A DNA stretch of 60,000 bases from Botryllus schlosseri. Its lineage: Eukaryota. The position numbers were made by a program, and so were the translations under genes. Below the pieces are notes generated by a model. That model had not been told where the DNA came from, searched no databases, and was given only the letters and a program-made list of their open reading frames with translations. Shown piece after piece: positions 14,143-27,800 of this stretch; positions within the stretch are counted from its first letter, which is position 1; each line of letters opens with the position of its first letter. Location: NCBI GenBank assembly GCA_051294905.1, contig CM119372.1, forward strand, positions 6,264,001 to 6,324,000. Reading direction: 5' to 3'.

Positions 14143-14289
14143 ATACCTTGTAAAATGAGACCGTAGCATTTGGCATTTCGTGTGGCAATTGACTTTTGTG
14201 TGGAAAATTGTGTTCGTTTTAGAACTTATCCGAAACTTTTATTCCGCCATAGATTGTATATGATAAAACGATATCGGAATTGATCCTAG

Positions 14290-16815
14290 GAGAATTCCAA
14301 AGCAACTCACCACAAAGGAGGATTTAAAGAACTTTGATGGAAAATTGAATGAAAGCAAAAGCAAGAGATGTGGTATGTTGAATCTGTTTTGGTATTTTTA
14401 AATAGGCCTACTTTGTTGTGCCGATAGCAGACGGTATATATAAACGTAAGATGTGGAAGCTATCAAGGTGTTTTTAGAAATTCAGTCAGTCAAAGTGGAC
14501 GATCGTATTGCTTGGATTATATTTAGGCTTATTTTAGCATCTTTGAGATGCAACTCTAAACGTGGACGGTCATGAACAGTAGGGCTCTTCAAAAATGACT
14601 TTTTTTCTCAAATCGTACTGGCTACTTGATAAAATTGTTAGGTTACCTAATTTAAGCCTACAAACAAAATATGGTTCAAATCCAGCCAGTATCCGCTTTG
14701 CTACAAGAGAAGAAAGTTCCTATTTATTATATAAAAATGAATAATAAAAAATTTGAAGATTTTCTGTTCACCCCATGAAAGTGTTAGGCTGTCTATAGAA
14801 ACGATGCTCACCAAATTTGGTTCAATTCCAACCAGTGGAAGCGGAGTTATTGCTGTCGAAAAATTTGGATTTTATTAAAATAGTACTTACGGTGAGCACA
14901 ACTTTAATAAGTAAACAAAGAATCGGTCACCGTAAATACTATTTTATTCAAATCCAAATTTTTCGACGGCAATATCTCCGCTTCCACTGGTTGGAATTGA
15001 ACCAAATTTGGTGAGCATCGTTTCTATAGACAGCCTAACACTTTCATGGGGTGAACAGAAAATTTTCAAATTTTTATTACCTATTTATTTTTATATAATA
15101 AATAGAAACTTTCTTCTCCTGTAGCAAAGCGGTTACTGGCTGGAATTGAACCAAATTTTGTGTTTAGGCTTAAATTAGGTAACCTAACAATTTTATCAAG
15201 TAGCCAGAACGATTTGAGAAAAAAAGTCATATTTTAAGAGCCCTAATGTCCATGTCAGAGAAACGTTTTAGGGTAGGCCTACTCATATGTCTCGCAGCGT
15301 TCTCTACATAATTGTCAATTGCGATACAAACTGTTTGCTTGTATTGGTAAAGCCATCCAACTTCGAATTGTAAAATGTTGGGAGTCTTGATATCAAATTT
15401 TTGAAAGGTGCACTTTGAGAAGATTTCGGAATCTGTCAAATTATACAAAAATTTAGCAAATTCTTTGACATATTTCATTTATTTGGGACTCGATCAACGT
15501 AAAAGAATTGGTAATCATTTTATACAATATATTGTATTTGTAGTTGAAGTATAGTAATAATTCTTATGGTTACCGCACTTGTAACGATTCACGGCCATAA
15601 CTGGAATAATTAGAATGATGTAACTTTCAAATTGTCATGCATTTTGCAACAACATTGTTCTCAATTTTCAAGGTGCTGACCATTCGAGGAAGAATCACCC
15701 ACCGGGAATTCACGATCCGTAAATGCGGCCGACTGTTTCTCTCCTCAAGCGGAAGCGACAGAGAAGAGGAACGAAGAGAAAAAAGGAGCAGAAATAGCAA
15801 GAGTGTGACAAGTCGCGTCCGTTCGCTTTAATGCGTATTTCCATCCGCGAAGTAGTAGGTGGGAAAACTAATGGGCGTTTGGTTAGCGCTTATATAAGGT
15901 TGACTCCAGCGCTGTATTTGCTAAATGTTGCTATGAAATAGGGGTGGTGTCATTTGGTATCAATATTGACTATTGAAAGACCATTTATTAGTGGTCATGG
16001 ATTTGTTCGGCCAGTATGCAGTAATTTCTGATGGTCACTTCCCGGGCTTCTGTTCTCTAACCCCTCATGATTGTTATTCTGCTTCTAGTAAGACTGTCGA
16101 TTCTAATGTTTTATCGTATCATTTGTCGGAGGTTTCGCTCGCTTTATTTACAACGTTTTGCTCTCTGCTAGGTCAATTCCTGGCTGAGTATCACTACAGC
16201 CTAAGAAACTGCACTAATTCTCATTTTAATGTCTTGCTGGTTATCTTGCTGTCAATTCTAATAATTTATTAATGTCTATACCAGTGCCGCCACTCAAATG
16301 TTTTGTTCTCTGTACACAATATTATTAGGTCTTCAGCTTTCCATGCAGAGTATCATTACACTTTCTAGACTTGAGTATATATCTCTCCAACTAGCTGCCA
16401 AATAACTGATTCATTTGGATTGTTGAATTGATCATTTTGGACAGAATGTGAAGAAATTTTAGTCAAGAATTCTTTTTGTGTTAGTGGCTGTTTTCAAAGA
16501 GTGCTGAAGTAGTCATCGTTGATCTTGATAATCAAGTAGAAGTGACGATTGAAGTCAGTTCTCTAGTCATATAATATTAAAAAATGTAATAATAAAACTT
16601 GAAAACTTGAGTGGAAATAGTTCAGAATCGAATCCATTTTAGTAAGTATGGGCGAAAAAAATGTAGGAGTCATTCGTTAGTCGCTACCTCTGCCATTTTC
16701 GCAGTACGAATGTCTTAGCTATTAATCATCATTTTCATTTTATTTCTGCAGGGTGTTGAAAAGAAAAGGCCGCATGCTGGTTATTTAACTGGCTCATCAG
16801 AAGATGAAACCTGAT
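14290..16815 (+). pseudogene. Degenerate spliced remnant resembling transposon-associated DUF4806-type genes
   Basis: Exon-like pieces IPKQLTTKEDLKNFDGKL (14290-14371), VLTIRG..SGSDREEERREKR (~15673-15800) and GVEKKRP..SSEDET* (16752-16814); interrupted by a MITE and LINE-like DNA. Similarity is by eye only. Confidence 0.3.
14580..15245. mobile_element. Foldback-type MITE (long near-perfect inverted repeat)
   Basis: TAGGGCTCTT..AAGAGCCCTA termini; ~290-bp arms around a ~80-bp spacer. Confidence 0.85.
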
Positions 16816-18457
16816 GATAAGGACTGTTTTCACTTTCTTTCTAAAGACATTCGTTCGTTTGTTCGTTTTATTTTTTACAACGGCATTATTGCCAATTCGT
16901 TTGAAATTAAATTATCACAAATGTGATTAATATGTAGTAAATAATGTGGTGTGTGTACGCAGCCGTGATCAGGTTAAGCCCATAGTGGTAGAAAACAGGT
17001 TATTATATCAGGATCTTCTTCTTCTAACGTAGAATCTACATTCTACTCACCATGTTTAAAGGCTGTAGCATCTGCATAATATTTACATTAATGAAGGACA
17101 TGGAAAAGACGTTGAATTGAGTCGACACAAAATCCCCCTTTCTACGACCTGCCAAGATCTAATATCTACTATATCGGCTCGGCTTTTCTACATCTTTGGT
17201 CTGTACTGTGTTTGCTGGGGGCAGACTACTAGACCTTTTTAAGACACCGCTTGGCGCTTACGCGTAATAAACGTAAACGTAACCTCAAGTGAAGCGAAAC
17301 AACTCACGTTTTACCAATCAACTGTTGAACACGCGAATGAAAGCAATACGGTTCAAATCAACCGCACGATAACCAGACGGTATTACTTGAAGTTATTCTG
17401 CCAATATGCCTTTCTTAACCTCTATGAAACCATTTTATCATAGCTGAAATACACCACATGCAGGTGGGATTGATGGAAGAGTACTCGATTATCACTGAAC
17501 TCTACTGGCATCGGGAATCACCTGACACTGTTTAGTAGAATCAAGGATATCTATTACAAGATAGAATCTAGATATCCCTGATTCGATTCGAATCGAATTA
17601 GCACATTCGCCAGCTATTCAACTGAAGATGCGAAACTCTATTACTGACTTGATACATAAAGTGGTCGACGGAATCCTGCCGCCCGCTATGCGAAAGTAGT
17701 CAAGTGCTAACTCGTCTAATCCTCATAAGTTAAGAGTTCTGCGTTGTCTCGGAGATTTCAATACCAAAATGACACCATGGCTTGATTTCGTCGATAAGTG
17801 TTACATATTTTACCATCATCTTAGCTGTAGTACGGATTACAATACATATCATCGACATGAATCAATAATATAAATCTAACGTAAGAAATGTCACAGTTCG
17901 ATTTGATACCATAGTTATGAAAGTTGATCAGTTTCTGTCATCTTGTTGAATCCAGGTTCTTGCTTTATGAACAGTTATGTCTCATTTAGCGTCTACCTGT
18001 CTGCGTCTATCGCCCTAATACTCGCTTACACATTGCCATATTCAAAAATAAGCCATGGATAACTAAACGCGTGAAGTATGCTGTACTGGCTTCCCAACAT
18101 ACAACGCATCAGTGCTACTGAGAATGATAGATCACATGTGATGGCGTGTTGTTGAAAAAAAGTTTCGGTATGCGAAAGTGTAAATGTTTTGAATTGTATG
18201 ATGGTAGTGCCTAATTCTATAAAGGGGGCTGAAGTGTCTGACCAAAGAAATAGGTTTGATGGTACTAACGATATTAAATTATCAATTACCGCCATTGATT
18301 AGCTGTTCAAGTTGAAATATGTAACTTTTTGATAACGGCAGAAAATATATGATTTATCGGAAACAATAAGTTATATCGGCGACATCGTTATCGGCTCGAA
18401 ATTATCATATCGGTTGGGCTCTATCCTATACCTTGTGCCGAGGGAATCTACCACGAA

Positions 18458-18641
18458 GCAGACTTGGACAACTATATAATTCTAGTTGTCTAATTAAATC
18501 TGAACTTGATTTAATGTCCAAGTTTACGCGAATTCGGTAATTCCAATCGTAATATAATGTAGAAAAAACTGCGTAGTTATAATTCTAGTTCTATAGTCTA
18601 ATTTGGAAAAAGACGGAAATTATCTAGTTGTCCAAGCCTGC
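18458..18641. mobile_element. Small MITE
   Basis: GCAGACTTGGACAACTA..TAGTTGTCCAAGCCTGC inverted termini. Confidence 0.55.
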
Positions 18642-21150
18642 CGCGATGAAACGTCGCCTATTGCCGGTTGGTATCGCCAGGTTTTATAGGAATTCTAATG
18701 TCCGTCTGTTGATCACGTCATAATTTGTTGCTATATATACAGTGAAATTGGGCCTACCGAATTAAACCGTGCCGGAAGGCATCGGCTTATGCGTAAAAAT
18801 AAGGCAAAATTTCAATCGGAATCATGTATGCAATCGTCACAAATTCTTTGTAGTCACTGCTTATAATCTCGTTTTGGTTATCTTTGGATCGTTACTCCTA
18901 CCAAACCTTAGATAAACCGGCATCAAGGTTGTGAATTTCGTCTGCATATAATGTCGCAAGCTACACTATTCTGTCAGGTTTGCGAATAACAGGATTCCCA
19001 TCCGTCTTGTGAACCATTTCCAGCATAAGTTTAGGCCATCCCTCAAGATACAATCGCCGCAGGTTCCGAGGAATGAACGAAGTTTCGCGATTTCTCACTC
19101 ATCCATGCAGTTCGGCATACAACGCACGGCGGTTGAGTTTGTTTGATCCCATTCTCGAGGATTCTCCTTCGTGAAACGTGCGGGATCGCGCCTCAAGCAC
19201 TTTCCGTTGTTATCTATAATGTCATCTACTGTGTGATGCATCTTCTAGCGATAAAACTCAATAACAGTATTAATAATATGGGTTTGCGTGTTATAACTCG
19301 AGACTAATCTGTCAATTTCTTAACCTCCTACACATTACCGCATACACAGTCATTTGTCATTTTCGTAGGCAGGGAGGGGACGTTTTGCATCGTCATTTAA
19401 TAATTACATTCTAACTACTGGCGTACACCAGTTTTACCTAGGTAATAAAAATATTAAGAGCTCCGTATTTCCAGGTCAAACCTTGCTACATATAATATTA
19501 ATATGGCGCACATGCCCAGCCCATATTGCCCATCACCCTTGTTCAAAAAAGACCACGGCGGCACTTCGTCCCAAAGTATAATGTTGTTGGCATTAACAAT
19601 GATCAAAATAGGCCGAATCATATCAAATGCTTGTACCGGACTTGTATGTAAATACCAGGCTCGACTCGATTACAAAGTTAGAATGACTTGATGAAAAATT
19701 CAGAATCAAAGACTGACTCGTGACTCGAAGCCTCGTGATTTGACTATAATCGTGTTTTTAACTTCCACTGTATGAGCTTAAGATGGTTACAAAAGTCGAA
19801 ATCGTTATTCCAGCCACCCCGACAAGACACGCGTGAACTTTCCAGTTCATTAAATCGAATCACATAGGTAAAGCCTACTCTGCCCGTAAATTATTCTGTC
19901 GATAATTTCAAAATTTTAAAGCTATAGTCTGGCTAATACTAGGGCTACCGTAGGTCCTCTTCTAAGAGGATTCGTCCTCAATTTGACATTTTTGAAAGTG
20001 TCCCCGGAGGAAGCCCAAATGTCATCTTTTTTGAGAATTTGTCCTATTTTTTTATTAATTTTGGTTAAATGTAGGTTAATATTCAACTGCGATATAGGAA
20101 ATTTTGGCTCAAGTAATGTTCCAGCGGGCATTTCGGGAGTTGAGCAAGAAAGTGGATCTTCTTTTAGTCAACCAACTGCAAAGTCCCAATAAATTTACCA
20201 ATTTTTCCGGATTTTACTCCGGTATTGTAAGTCTGGAAATTTAAAAACGTGTTCTGTTTTTAGATTCCTAAAATATGGTAATTCTAGCAAATACAAAAAG
20301 CGACAAACTCGTTGTCTATTTCCAGGTACTGATGTTTGTGTCCAGAGCCACAGCCCATTATTCGCATTGTGTCCGTTAGGTGACAGAAACATAATGCGTG
20401 TAATTTTTAAATATACCTCGCCATCAATACAAGCGGAAGTAGAGTACAGAAGTCATAAATGTGTACCTGATGGATTGTTGCAAGAACGGAATCTATTTTA
20501 TCCACGATATACGAATGAACAAATGCATAGAAACTACCTCTGTACAATTAAAAATCGAATCTTACCAATTAATACTAAAATCTGATGTGCGAAATGTATT
20601 TCTCTAAATTCAATTTTTTTACCAGAGACAAGTCGTAACAGCGTATGTTCAATGTGCGAATGCGAAATTCCAATCACTCGAGATTTAGAGCAGTAGATTT
20701 TGAACATTTCACTCCTCGCCATATATCAATATACTCTCGGAATTGGAAATCTGGGATCCATACTGGTCACGTTGTAGACATTTGAAATTGTAAGTGTCCA
20801 AAAGAATCTTTCCAAATCGAGCTGTGTCCACTGATTTGGTAAAAATAACCCTGCTAAAGTCCAGCCTTCGCCGCATTTTAGAATTTGATTCTAGCATGGT
20901 GTGTTAGTCTTGGGACACTATGGTTCAAGTTCGTCTACGCTCAAAATCTGATTATTCCTAGTCCATACGTTTCCGGGTCCTGAACCGGGTCTGCTTTATC
21001 ACTCTGCTCTCACACAAGTCTCATAACCTGCCTCTTGCACGATTATCGAAGTTTCTTACTTCATCTACGTTTATAGTGGTAAACAAAAGTCAACCAGTAG
21101 TACGCATTCCAGGAACGCTACAAAACTATGAGGCACAATGACCCTGACCA

Positions 21151-21434
21151 TGTTTGTTTGTTTGTTTGTTTTGTGGTATTCATGGTGTTTATCGACTACT
21201 ATGGTCAATTACACCAGGCCGATATCGTTCATTATTTTCCGTAACTGCCGACTTATAGCACGGCCCACCTCTAGGCTTTTTGTAAGACACCGCTTACGCG
21301 GATGAGGTGGCGAGGAGGAGCCTAGGTAAACCTCCAACACTTAGGTATCGGAATTCAGAAGTCGACCTCGGTCGGACTCGAACCCGCACGCATTGGTGTT
21401 GCAGCCGCGGATTATACCACTGCGCTATCTCGCC
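21151..21434 (-). mobile_element. Full-length tRNA-derived SINE (family A)
   Basis: Minus-strand head GGCGAGATAGCGCAGTGG (A box)..CTGCAAC..GGTTCGAGTCC (B box); (AAAC)n tail; flanking GACCCTGACCAT/GATCCTGACCAT TSD-like repeats. Confidence 0.88.
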
Positions 21435-21845
21435 TCGATCCTGACCATAGACGTTGTGACACCAAATAAACCAGAACAACAGCATCACCTTGTGGTGAGT
21501 TTACTGCCGATAAAAATCGATCTCAAATCTTCTACGCAGTGTAACTATGGACAATGAAAATGAGAAATCAGGAATGGTTGCTATTTTTGAAAGATAGTAT
21601 TGAACCATTGCTTCCGATACCTCAACGGTATTACATCTACCAATAATCCAATCTTATAATCTAATAATTATCTTTAGTCACCGGACATTTGCCACAAACA
21701 GGTTTGCTAGTTAGTTGCGCTCCACTGACTACAGTACCCTCAGGCGCATTGCAAGATATGCAACTTCGACAAGCCAGCGGTGCAATGTGGAATATAGTAG
21801 ATGTGAGGGTATACCGGTCATCTTCCTCGTAATGTAGCCCGCAGA

Positions 21846-24800
21846 ATGTCTCTGTGAGTATACTCCATCGGTGTTTATTCAGAGTTACGGCATACTTGAC
21901 TGTAGTTTATTTCAGAAATGGATTGCCAGCGAAGAATCAGCTGTGGGCGCCGTTCGGCTGCCTGGCTGTCTGCAACATCGCGGTGCTATCATTATTATAT
22001 TACTACATGAGACCGGTGTATTTAGTTACTCCATCACGGGTAGTATTGACGCAGCATTCTTTTACCAAGAAGTTGGACGGGGCAAGTGGCGAAGGGCGAG
22101 AGTTGACTATTGAGTACGTAGCAGTATTAAGTTTACTAATTGCTTTTTTTTTTAAACCAGCACCGGAAAATCGGTATTTTGATGAAGTAAGCTCACGGAC
22201 GTTATACTGTACTGATAAACACGTACCTCATAAAATTACCACGTCTGATTGGTACTAGTTCAAAAGAGGTGAACCTTTTCCCGTTCAATGCATCAACCTA
22301 CGTATCGTCAATGTTCCCTCTAATTTTTCAAGAGTCTGCGCAAACACGCCAACTCACTGCGCAGGCCCTCGGACAACAGTGCGCAACCACCCTCCGATAG
22401 GGTGATAAAACTGACTACTGGGGGCTTTCGCCCCCCAGACCCCTCTACGGCTCTAGGCTTCTTCCGGTACTTATCATGTACTTTGGGTGCCCATTTAGTA
22501 GTAGCGTCCCTAGACGCGCGAAGCGCGAAAAAAATTATATAATTCATGATTGCAGCGGCCAATATGATCGGGAATTGCATATATATTGCTATCAATTTTT
22601 ATCCTCTCCCTGCTCACATAATCAGATTTACCGGTAGAGCTGATCCAGTGAGGTGTGTTGGAATAGATAGGCCCTCTAAATAATAATAAAACATCTTCGG
22701 GCGTACCCGTTGATATAATGACTTCGTTACATGATGTTATTTCGTGACCCCCTATCTCCTATGTCAAAAGATATTGAAATCGCCAAAACGTACAAGTAAA
22801 AGACGTACACGATTTCAAATTGGTATTTCTTAACTGGAAAATAATGTTCCCTCGATATGGCATTTGTCTTCTTGTGGGACTCGGATCGCCAGGACAGGAA
22901 CATTCGGCGCCAGCATTTAGTAGCCCATGGACATGGACAATTACACATATATTTGTATATATCGAAGTTCTCGGTCAGCACCGGGGCAGTCTTTTTCGCC
23001 CAAGGTTTTTTCCGCTGCTGATCGTTCTGGCGCACTTCGTGGATTCGCATGTTACACAGCCTTTAACTTCTTATGTCTTGGCGCGTCATGGTACGGTAAT
23101 GGCCGACGCCCAACTGCCCATTTCTATAAATCATGCCTAATTTTTGTTGGGAAAGGGTACCCAATAATCAGATATCTTACAATAATAAAACGCGCGTAGC
23201 GCTAAAAAAAATTCCTGAAAAATTTCAAAAAATACACCATGATTTGTGTTAATTCTCGAAATAATTTTGGACCCCCTTCGAGCTCGGCCCCTCCAATTGG
23301 GGGGTTTGGGGTGCGAAAGTCACGGTCCTGAGTAAATTTTACGCAATGTTCATGCCACGCGAAGAAGACTATCATTCGTTAGTTTCTCGCAGATTAACTT
23401 CGAGCTAGCCCATTGTTATTTATAACTTTGTTAAACCAGGTTATTTCGCCATTCCCAGAAAATAATGCGCTATTGAAATGATATCAGTATCGCTCACGTG
23501 TACGATGCCGTACTAAAAAAATATCTTCCGTGAGGCGCAGGTCATTGTGAAGTCTAATTTCCTCACGGAGCGCAATAGTTACCTTTGCGGGGCGCACTTG
23601 TACCTCGGTTTCAGACTTCAGTGATAACCCTATTTGGACCTGGCAATGTTCCATTTTAATTTTCACGAATCTGCGCGCCTGCGTGGTCCATTGGCCAACA
23701 GTGCGCAACAATTATAAAAAAAAAAACATCATTTCTGATTTTTTGTGCGCAACGTAGATTTTCTGTGCGCAGAGACCGTTTCAGCACTGCGCATTTGCGC
23801 ACGTGCGCAGCTTAGAGGGAACATTGCGTATCGTCCAGGGTCCGTAGCTAACTATCTCTCTCTCATTTTGAATTAGAAAAGTCATACTGCTGTGGAACAT
23901 GCCAATTCGGTCGTCGTATCCGAAAATTCTTGACCCGACTCGCTGCGAGAATTGCATTATCACAAGGAATCGTAGTGCGCTAGCCTACAGTGACGCTGTC
24001 GTCTTCAATTTTCGTGGGATTCGTAATCCTGAAGATCTCCCAGCAAGATCGGAGCAGTATGTAACTGTTTGTTGATCTGTTAACACACCAATTTGAAATT
24101 ATTGTAGATATAATAAGATGAATGTGGTATTGAAACTGAAATTGAAATGTCCTCGCGCCCAAACCGCGGCATCAGGCGGTCCCACGTCCTCAGATAGGAT
24201 TTGGATCGCGCAGTTCAATATGAGATGATCCTGGAATTGAAGATGATTCGGAATTGGATTAGGATGATCTGGATTGGGATTTTGTCTTGAGAGTATGTTA
24301 AATTCGGATATGATGTTTACGATTCTAAGTTGCGTACTCGCCTGTGAAACTAATGCCTGTCCTTCGTCTCTAGGTGTCGCAGCATAGCTTGGCTGGTATC
24401 GTAGATAGGCTTATTTCAAATACTGGAACAGAAGCTTACTATTCAGCGGTGTAAAGTGAAAATTTTACCTAAATATTAGACTGATTGCATGTGCCAAATC
24501 ATTATTTCCGGGCAGTATAGTAATATTTTCGGCGTGATCTCATTGCTCAGGTGGCCAAATCTATTTGCAAAGTGGATGTATAATATGTTTATTTGTTGAA
24601 AATCATAATCCTATGGGTGGTAATTATGGCGCATGGTCAACTTCACACGATATGAGGCTGTGTTCAAGCGGGCGAATAAAATCACAGCTCTTCGACCTGT
24701 AAGGCATACAATGAGTTTAGTGATCACCGGTACAACGGGTCGCAACTTGAAGGGATTGGAATTGCTTAATTTACACGACCGCACTGAGTCAAGCTGATTT

Positions 24801-27800
24801 TACGGGACCCTCAACATTCTGAATCATAGCTTCTTTGTGGGACCACGGACTATTAGATGCATATCCCTACAGTGCGGGACAATACCCCCGGTGAATTCTA
24901 TTGTGCAGTCCTTGATTTGATTCGAAGTGTATCACACTATAGCAAACCGAATCAAGTGTTCGTGTGGATGTGCAGAGAGAGTCCCAAAACAACGCTACAC
25001 TCGTATAAGTACGACTTGAAAAACCTGACGAATGTCTTCAATTGGACCATGACCTACAGGTGAGAAGAATTATATTCAATCGCCAGAACAAAAATGCCTT
25101 AACACGACCTTGACAATAAGATTGGATTCCGATGTGTTCTACCCTTATGTTGAAATGCTGCACCGCATGCACGACGAGAAGCGATTGTACAACACATCGA
25201 CGGTGAATGTACCGGCTGACTTTGTTGACTTGGTTTATTCCGATGTGGACTCTCTCATGGCGAAGAAGAAATATTTGGTCGCATGGGTCGTGGGAAATTG
25301 TGGAGGTACTGCGGGAGCTCAGTTTCGGATGATGATAGTTAATAAACTGATGCGGGTGAGTTACGGGGAATTTGGTTTGATATGCGCCATTTTCAAGTCC
25401 GTTAGTACATCTTAGTACATCATAACATTGCGATACAATGAAAATACAGAAGGTAGTCGAAACGACAATAAAGTCATGGATCAAACTGTTTCTCACTGTA
25501 TATATAGTTGTCCATAGCATTTCCAAGAAAACGACAAATTATATTTCAATTAAAATTAGAGCATAGAAACATAACACAAATTAGATTATAATTTGTTATC
25601 GCCATTTCACTCTAATTATTCTAATTACACAACTAGAATGGCTGTCCAAGTCTGATGAGTTAAGCGAAATTTTTGACCTGTCAAAATAAGTCAAAATTCT
25701 GTCAAAATTGTAGCGTTAGGTCATAAAATTGTCAAAATTCTTTACAAAGTCAAAATTATTTTGACCCCTGCATTTCGTTTGTATGGTAGATTTTGCAGTA
25801 TCGGTGAACTTATCATTTCATATGTTACAGCTTGTAGCCTACTTTATAAGCCTGCCGCTGTGTACGGCCCATTGTTTGCTCATTGCGAATCAGAAACAGT
25901 CAAATGAAACAAATAGGTTGGCATGGTGTTATGGTCAACGTACCGCAATATCCTAACTGCAGCAAGAATGCTTCGGCATTGCATGGTTCTTATATCAAGA
26001 AGCGCATGGTGGAAAATTGTGATGTAGACAGCATTGTCAGAATGAAGCAACACGGTGTGTCACCAGGTGTGTCACCAGCGGTGTACGCACAACTTCAGTG
26101 TTGTCAACCAACAACTGCTGCTGTTGAACGTTCTTTCTCCATTCTTGGCAAGCTACTTAGTAAGGACAGACACTTTCTACTCGACAATGTAGGAAAATAT
26201 CTTTTTTTGTACTACAACAACAAATTTTAATTATTTGTACCATAATTCGTGATTCAACTGCTGGAACTCTTCATAGGCCAGATTTCGTTAAAATAAAGTT
26301 TTTTATGTAAAAATTTGTCAGTTTTTAAGTCAAAAATGTATTTTCAGGCTAAACTACTTCGTAAGGACAGAAAGCTCCAACCAGAAATGAAGATAAGTAG
26401 TGTAGTTTTAACACTATGTGCGCAAACACCTAATTTGCATACGTGAGGTCAAAATGAAGTTTTATTAGGTCAAAAAATGTCAAGATTTTGATTTTTTTAG
26501 GTCAAAATCTTCCGTTTTTTAGGCCAAAACAAAATCTTCCTACTGGTGTGATACCATCAGTTTAGGCGTAGCCTAGCCAGGAGTAAAATCTGACAGGGAA
26601 TGGTGGGATTTTGTGAGGGCGGAGGGGGCATAATAGTTTTTAATCCATGATACGAAGTCGTGGACCTCATGCAATTCATTCTGACGCAGTGAGAATCAGA
26701 CACATCTCTATGAGTTCGCTTAATGTTAGATCGGTAATTACAGATTAATATAACAACATATTGCTATTGACTTTATTTTGAAACGAGATGACTTGTGATC
26801 ACGTAATTTGGTGCAAGCCCAGCAGGACTGTGATATTTCAAGACGTGCCATATTTCATCATTTCGCTCTAATTAGTCTAATATGGCAACCATTGAATTAT
26901 CAAATTGTCCTATTCTGTATTCCTAATCGTTTTTAACCATCAGGCGGGTCTCAGGATCGATCGCTTCGGGAGTTGCTTCAAAGGCCGGCCCTTTCCTCCC
27001 TACAGATCTGAAGAAGCTCACCAGCGCCTGGCAGAGTACAAATTTTATCTCGCGTTCGAAAACACGCGAGGATGCAGGGAATATGTAACTTACAAGTTTT
27101 GGAAAAACGCAATATTCAGGTAAGGCGAAAGCGCCAGTAGGTTGATGTCATTATATGCCTCTCTACCTCGGTGTCAAAAGTGCGTAAGTACCGAACACGC
27201 GCTTTCACGTCGGTCAGCTATCATATGATGGTTGACATGACATTATCGCTCTATCAAATATGCAGTGTGGAACAGTATCTCGCCGGCTATCCGACAATCA
27301 TCGAGCATGTCCACATTCAAGTCGAAATACAAGCAATTTCTACTCAAAGAATACTAGTAAGCCCTCAAGTTTACCGGACCACGACCTGACATATCGGTGT
27401 CGCCTTCCGACGCATTTCAACCCTTTTTGTCACCTGTCCTTTTGTATTAACTTTTACTTTTCATTCAGTGTGCATGCCTCCTTTTTACATCGTCTATAGG
27501 CCCAGGTGAGTGTCTTATCATTGTATCGCATGCAGTCTTGTGGTGTATTTGAACTGATGATTTTTTTGACAATAAATTGATTGATTGATGTCTGGAATAT
27601 GCATATCGAACGAATAGTGTTGTCGCATTAATGTTATTATTATTCTTGTTATTGCAACAACAGTGGATGCTTTTAGCCCGTTTAAGGCTTTGTGCTCCAC
27701 GGCATGATAATTCATCGGTTCTGTCCGCTTCATCGGCTCTGTTGCTGCCGAATTACAGCTCGGCTCACTGTAGTTGGGCTTGTTAAGTCACTGCTTAGCA

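Noticed and set aside
21360..21434. tRNA-Cys gene
   Set aside because: No proper acceptor stem; it is the head of a multi-copy SINE.
22820..23140. ORF with LVGLGSPG resembling peptidyl-tRNA hydrolase
   Set aside because: No other family motifs; intronic in the FucT gene with no usable splice sites.
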